A DNA stretch of 64,000 nt, taken from assembly GCA_963764165.1 (NCBI GenBank), contig CAVXRD010000001.1:1309959-1373958 (forward strand), read 5' to 3'. Made by a program: the position numbers and the translations under genes. The notes beneath the pieces were generated by a model. That model saw nothing but the letters and a program-made list of their open reading frames with translations, was not told where the DNA came from and did no database searches. Of the stretch, positions 45,187-53,908 are shown in pieces (within the stretch, counting starts at the first letter, position 1; each line of letters starts with the position of its first letter). The stretch comes from an uncultured Verrucomicrobiae bacterium. Its GTDB lineage: Bacteria > Verrucomicrobiota > Verrucomicrobiia > Limisphaerales > Palsa-1400.

Positions 45187-46926
45187 TTACTCTGGCCAAA
45201 CCGCGTCGCAATCCTTGCTCTGAAAGGCGGGGCCTCGCACGCCGCCCTTGTCCGTCCCGCCCCATCCCATTGAGTAAAGAATAAACGTGCCATCAGCGGC
45301 GCGGTGATAATGAGGAGGCTGTCCACCGATGACATCCCGCGGGATTTTATCAATGAACTGCGGGGAAAGAGCGTCAAGGGTTTCGGGATATTCGCCGTGG
45401 GCCAGCCGGTGGCGTTCGAGGGCGCAGACAATGAGCGCCTGATTCACCTGCGTCTGGCTGTGGGCGGCATTTTGACAAATCCGGAGGAAATTAATTGTGC
45501 CCAGGCTGGCAATCGCGGCATATGGCGTCCCGTTTGTAAACGACCGCGCCTTCATCATGGCAGCCTCGACTTTGTCCGGGAAAATGAAGGATCTTGCGGC
45601 ATCGAGGCCCGATGCAAATTCCAGTTCAATGTTAATCCGGGCGGCCATTTTCTGGTAGCCCCAGCCTGCCGGGAAGACCCCACCAATGGCTGCGCTGCTC
45701 GGCGTTGTCCAGGTATTGGTGTTGCGATCCAGGGCGTTGCACGTCTGCATTCGGTCGATATCGAAGGCTTGTTGCACCGGCGGCAGGATTTGGATTGTTT
45801 TGAGCTGCTCTTCGAGCACGGCCAATTGCGGTTCGCGCCAGGCTTTCAAGCGGACGCCCTCCGAGACTTGCGTCGCGTAAAGTCCTCTGATGGCTGAGTT
45901 AATCATTGCCCCCAGCCACATCATCGGCTTGTTCGCTTCGAAGACGGGGTGGCAAAAATCATGCGCCAGCGTCAGGTCGCGCAGCGATTCCCCGGGCTGG
46001 CCCAAAAGAAAATGACATTCCGCTCTGGCGGCCAGAATTTGCGCAAGGTGCCGGGCGGAGACGAAATTAGGCGTTGGAACGGTCTGCTGATACTCATAGG
46101 AGCCCGCCATCCTTGCTTTTGGACGCAGCAATGCCTGGCGTATCAATGCGAATTGGGGCTCGAGCTTGTCACTCCACGCCAGATAATCATCCACTCTCGC
46201 GAGAACAGGCATGGTTAAACGATAGGAACCGCCGCCACCCGGCTCAATCTTCAGCACCCGCTCGGACAAATCCGGTTTTGCGCGCAGGATGGAGTCGGGC
46301 AGAAAATTCTGCAGATCCTTTTCAGTCGGCGCAGCCTGGCATTGCAAAAAAATTCGCGCCGCATGGACCTCCTCTGGCCGCCGCAGCATCAACCCCACAC
46401 CGATCGAAGATTCCGGCGCGGTGGCCGTAGGCCCGATGGCATTTGTCACCAACCGCGCGGCTTCCGCCGACGCCGCCTTATCGTCCCACCGCAGTGCCAC
46501 AGCGCCGTCAGGCGCTGCCCCTCCCGCCAGGCCAACGGTCAGTTCGGCAACAGTGATGCGCGCGGCATTGCTGTCGATGTTAATCCCCGGATAAGTCGGA
46601 GAGGACAATTCCTTTGACAAGTCGTTCCATCCTCCGTCGCCTCGTCCGACAAACCATTTTTGCATCTCGGGAACGCCGAAGAAGTTTTCATCCGCGGGCA
46701 CCGGCTCGGGAATGGTCTCGGCCCAATTCTGCTTGACACCTTGGCTTGCCAGGCGGCGCTTGCAATTTTCCCAAGCCCGCCGCCCGCGCCAATTTTCCTC
46801 TGCGTAAAGGAGCCCGATCAAGCCCGCGCAAAACGCGAAGCCGAGAAAACGAAGCAGGAGTATTTTCCTGCCTCTCGTTCGTTCAGCACCCGCCGAGGGT
46901 TTTCGCCCGTCGTTCATGCGCATCAA
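45187..46926 (-). CDS. N-terminally anchored hypothetical protein with GspG-like C-terminal motif
   Basis: 579 aa. TM ILLLRFLGFAFCAGLIGLLY, then ENWRGRRAWENCKRRL. The C-terminus IPRDVIGGQPPHYHRAADGTFILYSMGWGGTDKGGV...DCDAVWPE recalls the P.DPWG.PY.Y....G.F.L.S.G.DG..GG...D...W ending of major T2SS pseudopilins. It lies directly upstream of a DUF1559 gene. Confidence 0.7.
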   Translation of the reverse strand: MMRMNDGRKPSAGAERTRGRKILLLRFLGFAFCAGLIGLLYAEENWRGRRAWENCKRRLASQGVKQNWAETIPEPVPADENFFGVPEMQKWFVGRGDGGWNDLSKELSSPTYPGINIDSNAARITVAELTVGLAGGAAPDGAVALRWDDKAASAEAARLVTNAIGPTATAPESSIGVGLMLRRPEEVHAARIFLQCQAAPTEKDLQNFLPDSILRAKPDLSERVLKIEPGGGGSYRLTMPVLARVDDYLAWSDKLEPQFALIRQALLRPKARMAGSYEYQQTVPTPNFVSARHLAQILAARAECHFLLGQPGESLRDLTLAHDFCHPVFEANKPMMWLGAMINSAIRGLYATQVSEGVRLKAWREPQLAVLEEQLKTIQILPPVQQAFDIDRMQTCNALDRNTNTWTTPSSAAIGGVFPAGWGYQKMAARINIELEFASGLDAARSFIFPDKVEAAMMKARSFTNGTPYAAIASLGTINFLRICQNAAHSQTQVNQALIVCALERHRLAHGEYPETLDALSPQFIDKIPRDVIGGQPPHYHRAADGTFILYSMGWGGTDKGGVRGPAFQSKDCDAVWPE

Positions 46927-47038
46927 TCACCGGCGTCCGCAAAAAGTCTTAAGTTTTCATTTTATGGCATTATTTTGACAAGATGGACTGCAGAGCGTCA
47001 CGCGCCGGGTGTGAGACAGAATTCTACTGGCGGTCTTT

Positions 47039-47250
47039 TCATTAACACACCGCTTCAGCGGGGTGGTCCGTGGCCGCGAAAGGAGAAACCGTTTTAACGG
47101 TTTCCGGCGTTGCCTTGGCTTGCGTCACCGCCTGAATGTGTTCTGTTTCTGTCCATTCCCCCTCCCGTAAGTGGCGCGATGACAAAACCGTTAAAACGGT
47201 TTTTGTGGCTCCGGCTGCGCCCACACCCCGCTGAAGCGGTGTGTTAATGA
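47039..47250. mobile_element. 212-bp MITE-like element with perfect 27-bp terminal inverted repeats
   Basis: tcattaacacaccgcttcagcggggtg (47039..47065) is the exact reverse complement of caccccgctgaagcggtgtgttaatga (47224..47250). Internal palindromes aaaccgttttaacggttt and aaaccgttaaaacggttt. Confidence 0.8.
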
Positions 47251-47407
47251 AATGCACGGTGAGCGCAAAATATGCGGCCGTATATAAATTCGTCCGGCTA
47301 CCATGAGGGAAATTACGCTCGAAGAATTTTGCCTCACAACCTCTGGCGCGAGGCAACATGTTTTATCCTGTTCATCTTGTCCAAGAATCTGGATAATTAC
47401 CAATCAT

Positions 47408-47779
47408 ATGTCTGTTTCGATTTACTACAGCGCCAAGCGGCGGACCCCGCTGACGGCGTCGGAAAAGGAGATTGTCGGCGCGATTGTCCGCTGGTTCTCT
47501 GTTGATAAGAAAATAGAGAAGTATATGCAGTCGGGCGAGGGACTGAATTGGGAATCTTTTTGCGTTTACGACAAGCCGTCGGCCCCGGATGTGATATTTG
47601 AGGGAGCAACGAAGCTGCCCGACAACACCAAAGAAGCAGTGTGGACTGGCGTTTGGCACTGGTGTTCCCTGCTTTCATTCATCCGGCTCGTGTTGCACGA
47701 CGCCGAGTGGCGGGTTGCAGTCGAGAATCACCGTATCAAATGGAACGAGCAGGAGCGAAGATACGATCCTCGCACCTAA
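47408..47779 (+). CDS. hypothetical protein (123 aa)
   Basis: Internal start MSVSIYYSAKRRTPLTASEKEIVGAIV of ORF 47303..47779. Ordinary amino-acid composition. No family recognised. It lies between repeat elements. Confidence 0.4.
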   Translation: MSVSIYYSAKRRTPLTASEKEIVGAIVRWFSVDKKIEKYMQSGEGLNWESFCVYDKPSAPDVIFEGATKLPDNTKEAVWTGVWHWCSLLSFIRLVLHDAEWRVAVENHRIKWNEQERRYDPRT

Positions 47780-47870
47780 CCGCGAAAGGGCGGTGGTTAG
47801 CCTGCATTCGAATCTTGCAGGCCGCGAGCCCTTACGCGGCGGACGCCGGGTCAGTGGACCTGGCTAAACC

Positions 47871-47930
47871 GAATCCCGGCGGGATGCCGGATTGCAGCCG
47901 GTGGTTGAGCGGCAGCGACACCACCGGATT
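47871..47930 (+). repeat. structured repeat family A, copy 4
   Basis: gaatcccggcgggatgccggattgcagccggtggttgagcggcagcgacaccaccggatt. Confidence 0.65.
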
Positions 47931-48048
47931 ATGATTTAGAACTGGCATGCACCCCGAAAGCGGGTGCCAGAATCCGGCGTAAAAAACGACGCACGGTATT
48001 TGGACGGCGATGGGACGCCTTTCAGGGTCCGGGAGATTTTTGACATTG

Positions 48049-48107
48049 TTTCCGGTGGTGTCGCTGCCGCTCAACCACCAGCTACAATCTTCGATGCCTC
48101 CGGCATC
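48049..48107 (-). repeat. structured repeat family A, copy 5 (inverted partner of copy 4)
   Basis: tttccggtggtgtcgctgccgctcaaccaccagctacaatcttcgatgcctccggcatc, the reverse orientation of the family core. Confidence 0.65.
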
Positions 48108-48190
48108 CGTAGCGGCATCTCCAGCGGGCGGCGTCCATGGGTTTCGCATTCTTAAATCGCTTGTTCTAACCATCTATTCCTGCTCTCATT

Positions 48191-48395
48191 CAGAGCGTGT
48201 TTGGAAAATAGCTTGGGTAAGGGATTGCGAGCGCGGCGGGGCGGATGGCGAGGCAGCCCGCAGAGCGGGCAGCTATTAATTTGTTCTGACTCGACGAAGG
48301 AAAATATCCCTCATGGATCTTCGACTGAGGAGCAACGAAGCCAGCCGCCCCGCCCCGCCGCAACACCGCCCAAGCTATTTTCAAAACACGCTCTC
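48191..48395. mobile_element. 205-bp MITE-like hairpin element (25/27 matching terminal inverted repeats)
   Basis: cagagcgtgtttggaaaatagcttggg (48191..48217) against cccaagctattttcaaaacacgctctc (48369..48395). Internal arms gcggcggggcgg / ccgccccgccccgccgc are also complementary. It ends 12 nt before the 48407 start codon. Confidence 0.7.
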
Positions 48396-48406
48396 AGTCA
48401 AATCCC

Positions 48407-49570
48407 ATGAAAAAGCGTCCATTCTGCGCCATCTTGTTAAGTCTGCTGGCCGGGCTTTGCGTCACCCGCGGCTTTGCGGATGACAAAGCGACCGCGAGTC
48501 CGGAGGTGGCGGCTGCCATGCAGCCTTACTTTGACAGCTATAAGCTGGCTGGGGTCATCGCCATTATTGCCGACAAGACCGGAAGGGTTCATTACAAAAA
48601 CCTGCTCGGCTATGCAGATGTCGAGGCAAAAAAACCGATGAGCGAAGACAACGTATTTTGGGTGGCTTCCATGACCAAGATGTTCGCCGGGGCGTCCATC
48701 ATGATGCTGGCAGATGAAGGCAAAGTCAGACTGGATGATCCCGTCACCAACTACATCCCGCAACTATCGAAATGGATGGTTGTGGAAGAAAAGGATGAGA
48801 ATCACGTGCTGCTAAAGCCTTTGGTTCGTCCCGTGACAATTCGGCATTTGCTAAGCCACACCAGCGGCCTGACAGCAATGTCAGAGCTTCAGCAAGTGAC
48901 TGGCGCGGACAGCACACCATTGAAGGCCCGCGCATTGAGTTCCGTCACCGGCCCGCTCCAATCGCAGCCGGGCGACAAATACGCCTATGGCAATCAGGGC
49001 ATGAACATCGCCGCGCGTGTTGTCGAAATCGTCAGCGGCATGGCTTACGAGGGTTTTTTGCAAAAGCGTTTTTTTGATCCATTGAAAATGACCGAGACAA
49101 CTTTTTGGCCCAGCGACGCGCAGATCGCGAGGCTGGCCGGCGCTTACGGCCCAAATAAGTCCAAGGACGGTTACGCCAAAGGCGGCATTGGCTTTCTTAC
49201 GAAGCCATTCCATGACCGCGTCCGCCGTTTTCCTGAAGCCGCAGGCGGCTTGTTCTCCACCACGCACGATGTTTTCCGCTATGGCCTTATGCTGGCCAAT
49301 GAAGGGGAACTGGACGGCCAGCGCTATCTTTCCCACGCTGCCATGGATGAATTGCGAAGGAAGCAGACCGGAGCGACCGACGTAGGTTACAGCCTGGGTT
49401 ACCACTTGCGAAACGGAATGTTCGGCCACGACGGGGCCTACGGCACCGATTTGTCCGTCAACCCCACAAATGGCATGGTGGCCATCTTCATGGTCCAATG
49501 CACGAGTGGCGACCAATGGGCCGCGCGTGACTTGTTTCTCAAAACAGCCACCGAAGTATTTCAAAAATGA
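48407..49570 (+). CDS. serine hydrolase, beta-lactamase/penicillin-binding (class C-like) family
   Basis: 387 aa. Signal peptide MKKRPFCAILLSLLAGLCVTRGFA. S-x-x-K motif VASMTKMF. LLSHTSGL and HDGAYGT motifs. Confidence 0.85.
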   Translation: MKKRPFCAILLSLLAGLCVTRGFADDKATASPEVAAAMQPYFDSYKLAGVIAIIADKTGRVHYKNLLGYADVEAKKPMSEDNVFWVASMTKMFAGASIMMLADEGKVRLDDPVTNYIPQLSKWMVVEEKDENHVLLKPLVRPVTIRHLLSHTSGLTAMSELQQVTGADSTPLKARALSSVTGPLQSQPGDKYAYGNQGMNIAARVVEIVSGMAYEGFLQKRFFDPLKMTETTFWPSDAQIARLAGAYGPNKSKDGYAKGGIGFLTKPFHDRVRRFPEAAGGLFSTTHDVFRYGLMLANEGELDGQRYLSHAAMDELRRKQTGATDVGYSLGYHLRNGMFGHDGAYGTDLSVNPTNGMVAIFMVQCTSGDQWAARDLFLKTATEVFQK

Positions 49571-49607
49571 GGCGCTGAATCAGAACGTTCGCAAATGATC
49601 AGTTCTC

Positions 49608-49775
49608 AAATTAAATAATCTGGAACGCCCGAATGCTGGAAAAGAGGCCGGAGTCGTTTTGCAAGTGATGGGCGGTGAGATGAATTAAGGCTCAGTGCCG
49701 GATCCGAAGTCACGATGCGTGTGAATCCGCCTTCATCTCTTTTCCTGAGTTCGGTCGTTCCAGATTCAATTTTTC
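49608..49775 (+). repeat. repeat family C (~170-bp self-complementary element), copy 1, downstream flank of the toxin-antitoxin pair
   Basis: aaattaaataatctggaacgcccgaatgctggaaaagag...ctcttttcctgagttcggtcgttccagattcaatttttccc. The two ~29-nt arms are inverted repeats. It is collinear with 50448..50622 at about 75% identity by eye. Confidence 0.75.
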
Positions 49776-49823
49776 CCATTTTTTCTCCAAAAAACCACGG
49801 CGTCCCGCATTGACTTGCATTGG

Positions 49824-50135
49824 TCAGGACTCCATTTTCATCACGACCAGATTCATCGTGCCGGAACGAACTCGATAAAAAACAACATCTTTCGCCGGGG
49901 TGACGGAATAGAAAATGAGCCAGCGCGCGAAGCCATTCCCCCGCCAGGAACGGATGCCAACCGGGGATAAATCCTTACGCTCCCGTCCAATATGTGGATT
50001 CTCCTCAATGAACTCAATTGTTGCGAGCAAGGCTTGATACCACCGCTCCGCAACGTCCGCGCCCGCGTTCTCGTTGAGCCAGATTAGCTCCTCGGCCAAG
50101 TCTGCCAGGAAGTGCGGGCGTTTGCGGGCGCTCAC
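49824..50135 (-). CDS. type II toxin, RelE/ParE family
   Basis: 103 aa. ...AERWYQALLATIEFIEENPHIGRERKDLSPVGIRSWRGNGFARWLIFYSVTPAKDVVFYRVRSG fits the ParE/RelE plasmid-stabilisation pattern. It has a 4-nt overlap with the upstream antitoxin gene. Confidence 0.8.
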   Translation of the reverse strand: MSARKRPHFLADLAEELIWLNENAGADVAERWYQALLATIEFIEENPHIGRERKDLSPVGIRSWRGNGFARWLIFYSVTPAKDVVFYRVRSGTMNLVVMKMES

Positions 50136-50386
50136 CTCTTGCCCTTTAACACCCGATCACGGATGGCCTCCATTTCCTTTCTGGTCAAGGGCGTGGCCGG
50201 ACCGCTGGCGACGGCCTCATCAATCCATTGTTGGTCGCGCTTGGTGGTCAGCGCGGCGTCAATCTGGAAGGTTCGTTCCAGGCGGCTCATGGCCTCCTGG
50301 GTGAGGCTGCGGAAATTCGCGGCCGCTTCCCTTTTCAACTGCGCGTGCAGTTCGATCGGGATGTCTTTCAACGTAATGCTCGCCAT
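50132..50386 (-). CDS. ribbon-helix-helix (Arc/FitA-like) antitoxin
   Basis: Start chosen at MASITLKDIPIELHAQLKREAAANFRSLTQEAMSRLERTF (an RHH beta-strand plus two helices). 84 aa. Confidence 0.7.
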   Translation of the reverse strand: MASITLKDIPIELHAQLKREAAANFRSLTQEAMSRLERTFQIDAALTTKRDQQWIDEAVASGPATPLTRKEMEAIRDRVLKGKR

Positions 50387-50447
50387 ACACCGCAACCATA
50401 ACGGCACCACACTGGTTTGACAAGCTGACTCGACAGCTGGCAAAGGG

Positions 50448-50622
50448 AAAATTAAATAATCAGGAACGCCCGAACGCAGGAAAAGAAGGCCGAAGTCCTT
50501 TCGCAGGTGATGGATGGTGAGACTAGTTTCGGCTCAGCGCCTGACCCGAATCAACGGCGCGCATGGACGACAAGTTCAGTCTCTTTTTCTGCGTTCGGGC
50601 GTTCCTGATTCAATTTTTCCCC
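50448..50622 (+). repeat. repeat family C, copy 2, upstream flank of the toxin-antitoxin pair
   Basis: aaattaaataatcaggaacgcccgaacgcaggaaaagaa...tctttttctgcgttcgggcgttcctgattcaatttttcccc. The arms at 50457..50485 and 50582..50610 are near-perfect inverted repeats. Confidence 0.75.
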
Positions 50623-50750
50623 ACCTCTTCGTTATCTTCGTTCCCTTCTGTTCAACATCAGATGCAGGCAGGGTCTCGCCTCTCGAAGTTGTTCCGAACG
50701 AAGCCGAATTCGGAATTGCGCCCCGGGTTTCCGCAAACGATAATTCCAAC

Positions 50751-51812
50751 GTGACAGCCAATTCTTCAACGCTCGCCGGACGCGGCACGGCCAGCAATCC
50801 GGCCAACCGCTTCGAGCAGATCACCGTCGAGCGCGATCCGGATTGGAATCCGGAGGAGGACGTTGCGCCGCGAACACAATTCCTCCGCGACGCCTCGCAA
50901 ACGGCCATCACTTACAACGACAGCCCCGACATCCCATTCAACGCCAGCATCAACCCCTACCGCGGCTGCGAGCATGGCTGTGTCTATTGTTATGCGCGGC
51001 CGTTTCACGAATTTCTCGGATTTTCGGCGGGGCTCGATTTCGAGACGAAAATCATGGTGAAGGAAAATGCGCCCCAGCTTTTGCGCAAGGAACTCGGTTC
51101 GAAAAAATGGAAGCCGCAAGTTATTTGCATGAGCGGCGTGACGGATTGTTACCAACCCGCGGAGCGGAAGTTCCGGTTGACGCGCGGCTGCCTCGAAGTC
51201 CTGGCGGAATGCCGCAATCCGGTCGGCATCATCACGAAAAATTTCCTCGTGACACGCGACATCGACGTCTTGCAGGAGCTGGCGAAATATCACGCAGCCA
51301 GCGTTTGCGTCTCCGTCACCACGCTGGATTCCGATTTGGCGCGCGCGCTGGAGCCCCGCACGTCCTCGCCGCGGCAGCGTTTGCAGGCGATTGAAATGCT
51401 GGCCAAAGCCGGAATTCATGTGGGCGTCAACGTGGCGCCGATCATCCCGGGCCTGACCGATCACGAAATTCTGCCCATCGTGCAAGCCTGCGCGGATGCG
51501 GGGGCGAATTTTGCGGGCTACACGATCGTGCGCTTGCCGTATGCCGTGAAAGATTTGTTCGAGCAATGGCTGGACGCCCACGCGCCCGGCAAAAAGGAAA
51601 AAGTGCTCAACCGCATTCGCTCGATGCGCGACGGAAAACTAAACGTCTCCGACTTCGGACGCCGCATGTCTGGCGAAGGGATTTTCGCCGATCAAATCCG
51701 GCAATCCTTCGCCGTCGCCCGCCGCAAAGCCGGATTGAACGGAGACCGTTATGAGCTTTCGAGCGCCGCCTTTCGGCGGCCACAGGGAGCGCAGTTGGGG
51801 TTGGATTTATGA
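50751..51812 (+). CDS. radical SAM protein, PA0069 / SplB-like (DNA photolyase-like) family
   Basis: CxxxCxxC cluster motif INPYRGCEHGCVYCYARPFHEFLGF. The family N-terminus GRGTASNPANRF begins just after the GTG at 50751, the start chosen here. The track start 50514 lies inside repeat family C. Confidence 0.8.
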   Translation: MTANSSTLAGRGTASNPANRFEQITVERDPDWNPEEDVAPRTQFLRDASQTAITYNDSPDIPFNASINPYRGCEHGCVYCYARPFHEFLGFSAGLDFETKIMVKENAPQLLRKELGSKKWKPQVICMSGVTDCYQPAERKFRLTRGCLEVLAECRNPVGIITKNFLVTRDIDVLQELAKYHAASVCVSVTTLDSDLARALEPRTSSPRQRLQAIEMLAKAGIHVGVNVAPIIPGLTDHEILPIVQACADAGANFAGYTIVRLPYAVKDLFEQWLDAHAPGKKEKVLNRIRSMRDGKLNVSDFGRRMSGEGIFADQIRQSFAVARRKAGLNGDRYELSSAAFRRPQGAQLGLDL

Positions 51813-53908
51813 GGCGCTTTTTCAGCTCCGCTAGGAGCGACATAGATGTAGATAACCGACATCATGAGAACCAAAAGCTCCGCAGGAGCGGCACATTCCG
51901 TTTGGCGTCAATTCAGGCGCCGCCTCTCTGCTGCATTGCGGAAGATGCGGTCGGCGGGGGCGCCGACCGCGACACGCGAGGGCGCATGTGCTCCCCAGAC
52001 TCTGATTCCGGGGAGCGCACGCGCCCCCGCGTGCAGCGGGACGCGCCTCGCGGCCCGCATCAGGAATGCGCAGAAATTCAGAAATCTGCAACGTGCGCCA
52101 TTGCCATCTCTGTAATCGCGTTTTATTTCTTTTCGCTTGGTTGCACTGCCCTAGCTCAACTCTCCTCGACCGAAGAAAAAGAGCCGCGCTCCGCGTTGCA
52201 AGACGTCATCCTCCATGTAAACCAAGTGGCTTACGATCAAATGGCCCCAAAATTTGCCGTGGTGGAGACCGCCGAACGGCTTCCGGAATCGAGCGCATTT
52301 CGAGTGAAGGACGCGCTGAGTTCTTCGACGGCTTTCGAAGGAAAGTTGGAGGCAAGCCAGAAGTGCGCGGAATGGTTTCCTGGAAGATATTTTTATCGGG
52401 CTGACTTCTCCTCATTGCAGCAGCCGGGCCATTTCAAGCTCGCTATCGCGCAGAATGGAAAGGAACGCGAGTCCTATGATTTCGAAATCGGGAAAAGCGC
52501 GCTGGCCACGCAAACCGTGCCAGCCATTATCCAATATTACCGTCATCAGCGGGCGAATTCGCCGGAAGAATTGAAGGCAGACGAGCATGTGCTTCTCTAC
52601 GGCAGCACCAACCGGGTTGATTTGCGCGGAGGCTGGTGTGACGCTTCGGGGGATGTCAGCAAATACTTTTCGCATTTGGCCTACGCCAATTTCATGTCGC
52701 CCCAGCAGACGCCCCTGGTGGTTTGGTCCATGGTCAATGCAGTGGACACCGCTCCCGCCCTGCTCGACAGCTTGCGACAAAAAACACCGTTGATGGATGA
52801 AGCCATCTACGGCGCCGATTACGTCATGCGTTCGCTCTCGCCGGGAGATTATTTTTACATGACGCTGTTCAGCTATTTTAAAAAAGATCCTGAGGAGCGC
52901 CGGGTCGTCGGGCTGCTGGCGGACAGCAAAACGACCGCGGATTACCAATGCGCGTTTCGCGAAGGAGGCGGGATGGCCATCGCCGCCTTGGCCCGCATTT
53001 CGCAATGGAAGAAAGACGGGCAATTTTCGTCGGGGCAATATCTGGACGGCGCGGTGCGGGCGTTCGCGCATTTGCTTGTCAACAACACAAAATACGACGA
53101 TGATGGCAAAGAGAATATCATTGACGATTACTGCGCCTTGATGGCGGCCACCGAATTATGGATGGCGACGGACAAGGCCCTCTATCGCGACGAAGCGAGG
53201 AAACGCGCGAAAAATCTTGCCGGAAGAATGTCGACGGAAGGATACTTCATCGCCAATGACGGCGGGCGCCCCTTCTGGCACGCGTCGGACGCCGGGCTGC
53301 CGGTCATTGCCTTGGCGCGTTATCTTGACAAGGAAAATGACCTGCCCTCCCGGCAGAAGGCGCTCGGCACGATCAAGAAATTCCTGGATTACCAATTGCG
53401 GGTCACCACGAATGCCAGCAATCCTTTTGGGTATGCGCGCCAGTCGTTTCTGTTTCGCGGGCAGGTCAAGGATGGCTTTTTCATCCCGCATGAAAACGAA
53501 AGCGGCTGGTGGTGGCAGGGGGAAAATGCGCGCTTGGCATCTCTTGCGGCGGCCGCGATTGTCGGAGGGCGGCTGGTTTATCCAGGATCGGGCGCGTTCG
53601 GAGTCAAACCAGAGTTGGCCAATTTTGCCAGCGACCAGTTGGCGTGGATATTGGGCAAAAATCCCTTTGATATGTGTTTCATGTATCAGTTCGGACGCAA
53701 CAATGTCCCTTACATGAGTTCCAGTTTTGGCCACGGCTCGGGCCGGGGTGGGATTTCCAACGGCATCACCGGCAAAGATGGCAGTCCGGATGGTTCAGGC
53801 ATTGACTTCAAAACGCACGCCAACGGCAACGAATGGCGCTGGACTGAGCAATGGCTGCCGCATTCCGCGTGGTTCCTGCAGGCGGTGGCTGCGATGTCCA
53901 CACAATGA
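51809..53908 (+). CDS. glycoside hydrolase family 9-like (N-terminal Ig-like CelD_N domain + (alpha/alpha)6 barrel)
   Basis: VNQVAYDQMAPKFAVV...DFSSLQQPGHFKLAI...SYDFEI (Ig-like N domain). DLRGGWCDASGDVSKY corresponds to GH9 GGWYDAGDHVKF. NPFDMCFMYQFGRNNVPY and WTEQWLPHSAWFL are C-terminal GH9-like motifs. The ATG at 51809 overlaps the upstream stop (ATGA), but the first ~85 codons cross a GC-rich hairpin repeat. The hydrophobic segment AIAISVIAFYFFSLGCTALA suggests a later, unidentified start. Confidence 0.7.
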   Translation: MRRFFSSARSDIDVDNRHHENQKLRRSGTFRLASIQAPPLCCIAEDAVGGGADRDTRGRMCSPDSDSGERTRPRVQRDAPRGPHQECAEIQKSATCAIAISVIAFYFFSLGCTALAQLSSTEEKEPRSALQDVILHVNQVAYDQMAPKFAVVETAERLPESSAFRVKDALSSSTAFEGKLEASQKCAEWFPGRYFYRADFSSLQQPGHFKLAIAQNGKERESYDFEIGKSALATQTVPAIIQYYRHQRANSPEELKADEHVLLYGSTNRVDLRGGWCDASGDVSKYFSHLAYANFMSPQQTPLVVWSMVNAVDTAPALLDSLRQKTPLMDEAIYGADYVMRSLSPGDYFYMTLFSYFKKDPEERRVVGLLADSKTTADYQCAFREGGGMAIAALARISQWKKDGQFSSGQYLDGAVRAFAHLLVNNTKYDDDGKENIIDDYCALMAATELWMATDKALYRDEARKRAKNLAGRMSTEGYFIANDGGRPFWHASDAGLPVIALARYLDKENDLPSRQKALGTIKKFLDYQLRVTTNASNPFGYARQSFLFRGQVKDGFFIPHENESGWWWQGENARLASLAAAAIVGGRLVYPGSGAFGVKPELANFASDQLAWILGKNPFDMCFMYQFGRNNVPYMSSSFGHGSGRGGISNGITGKDGSPDGSGIDFKTHANGNEWRWTEQWLPHSAWFLQAVAAMSTQ
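51973..52032. repeat. GC-rich REP-like hairpin (23-nt arms)
   Basis: acgcgagggcgcatgtgctcccc (51973..51995) against ggggagcgcacgcgcccccgcgt (52010..52032), near-perfect inverted repeats. The right arm matches 44973..44996. Confidence 0.6.

Noticed and set aside
25862-50622. Possibility that the many short repeats form a CRISPR array
   Set aside because: The repeats belong to several unrelated families, are internally palindromic over long arms, occur singly or in inverted pairs, and are not separated by uniform-length spacers. No cas genes are present.
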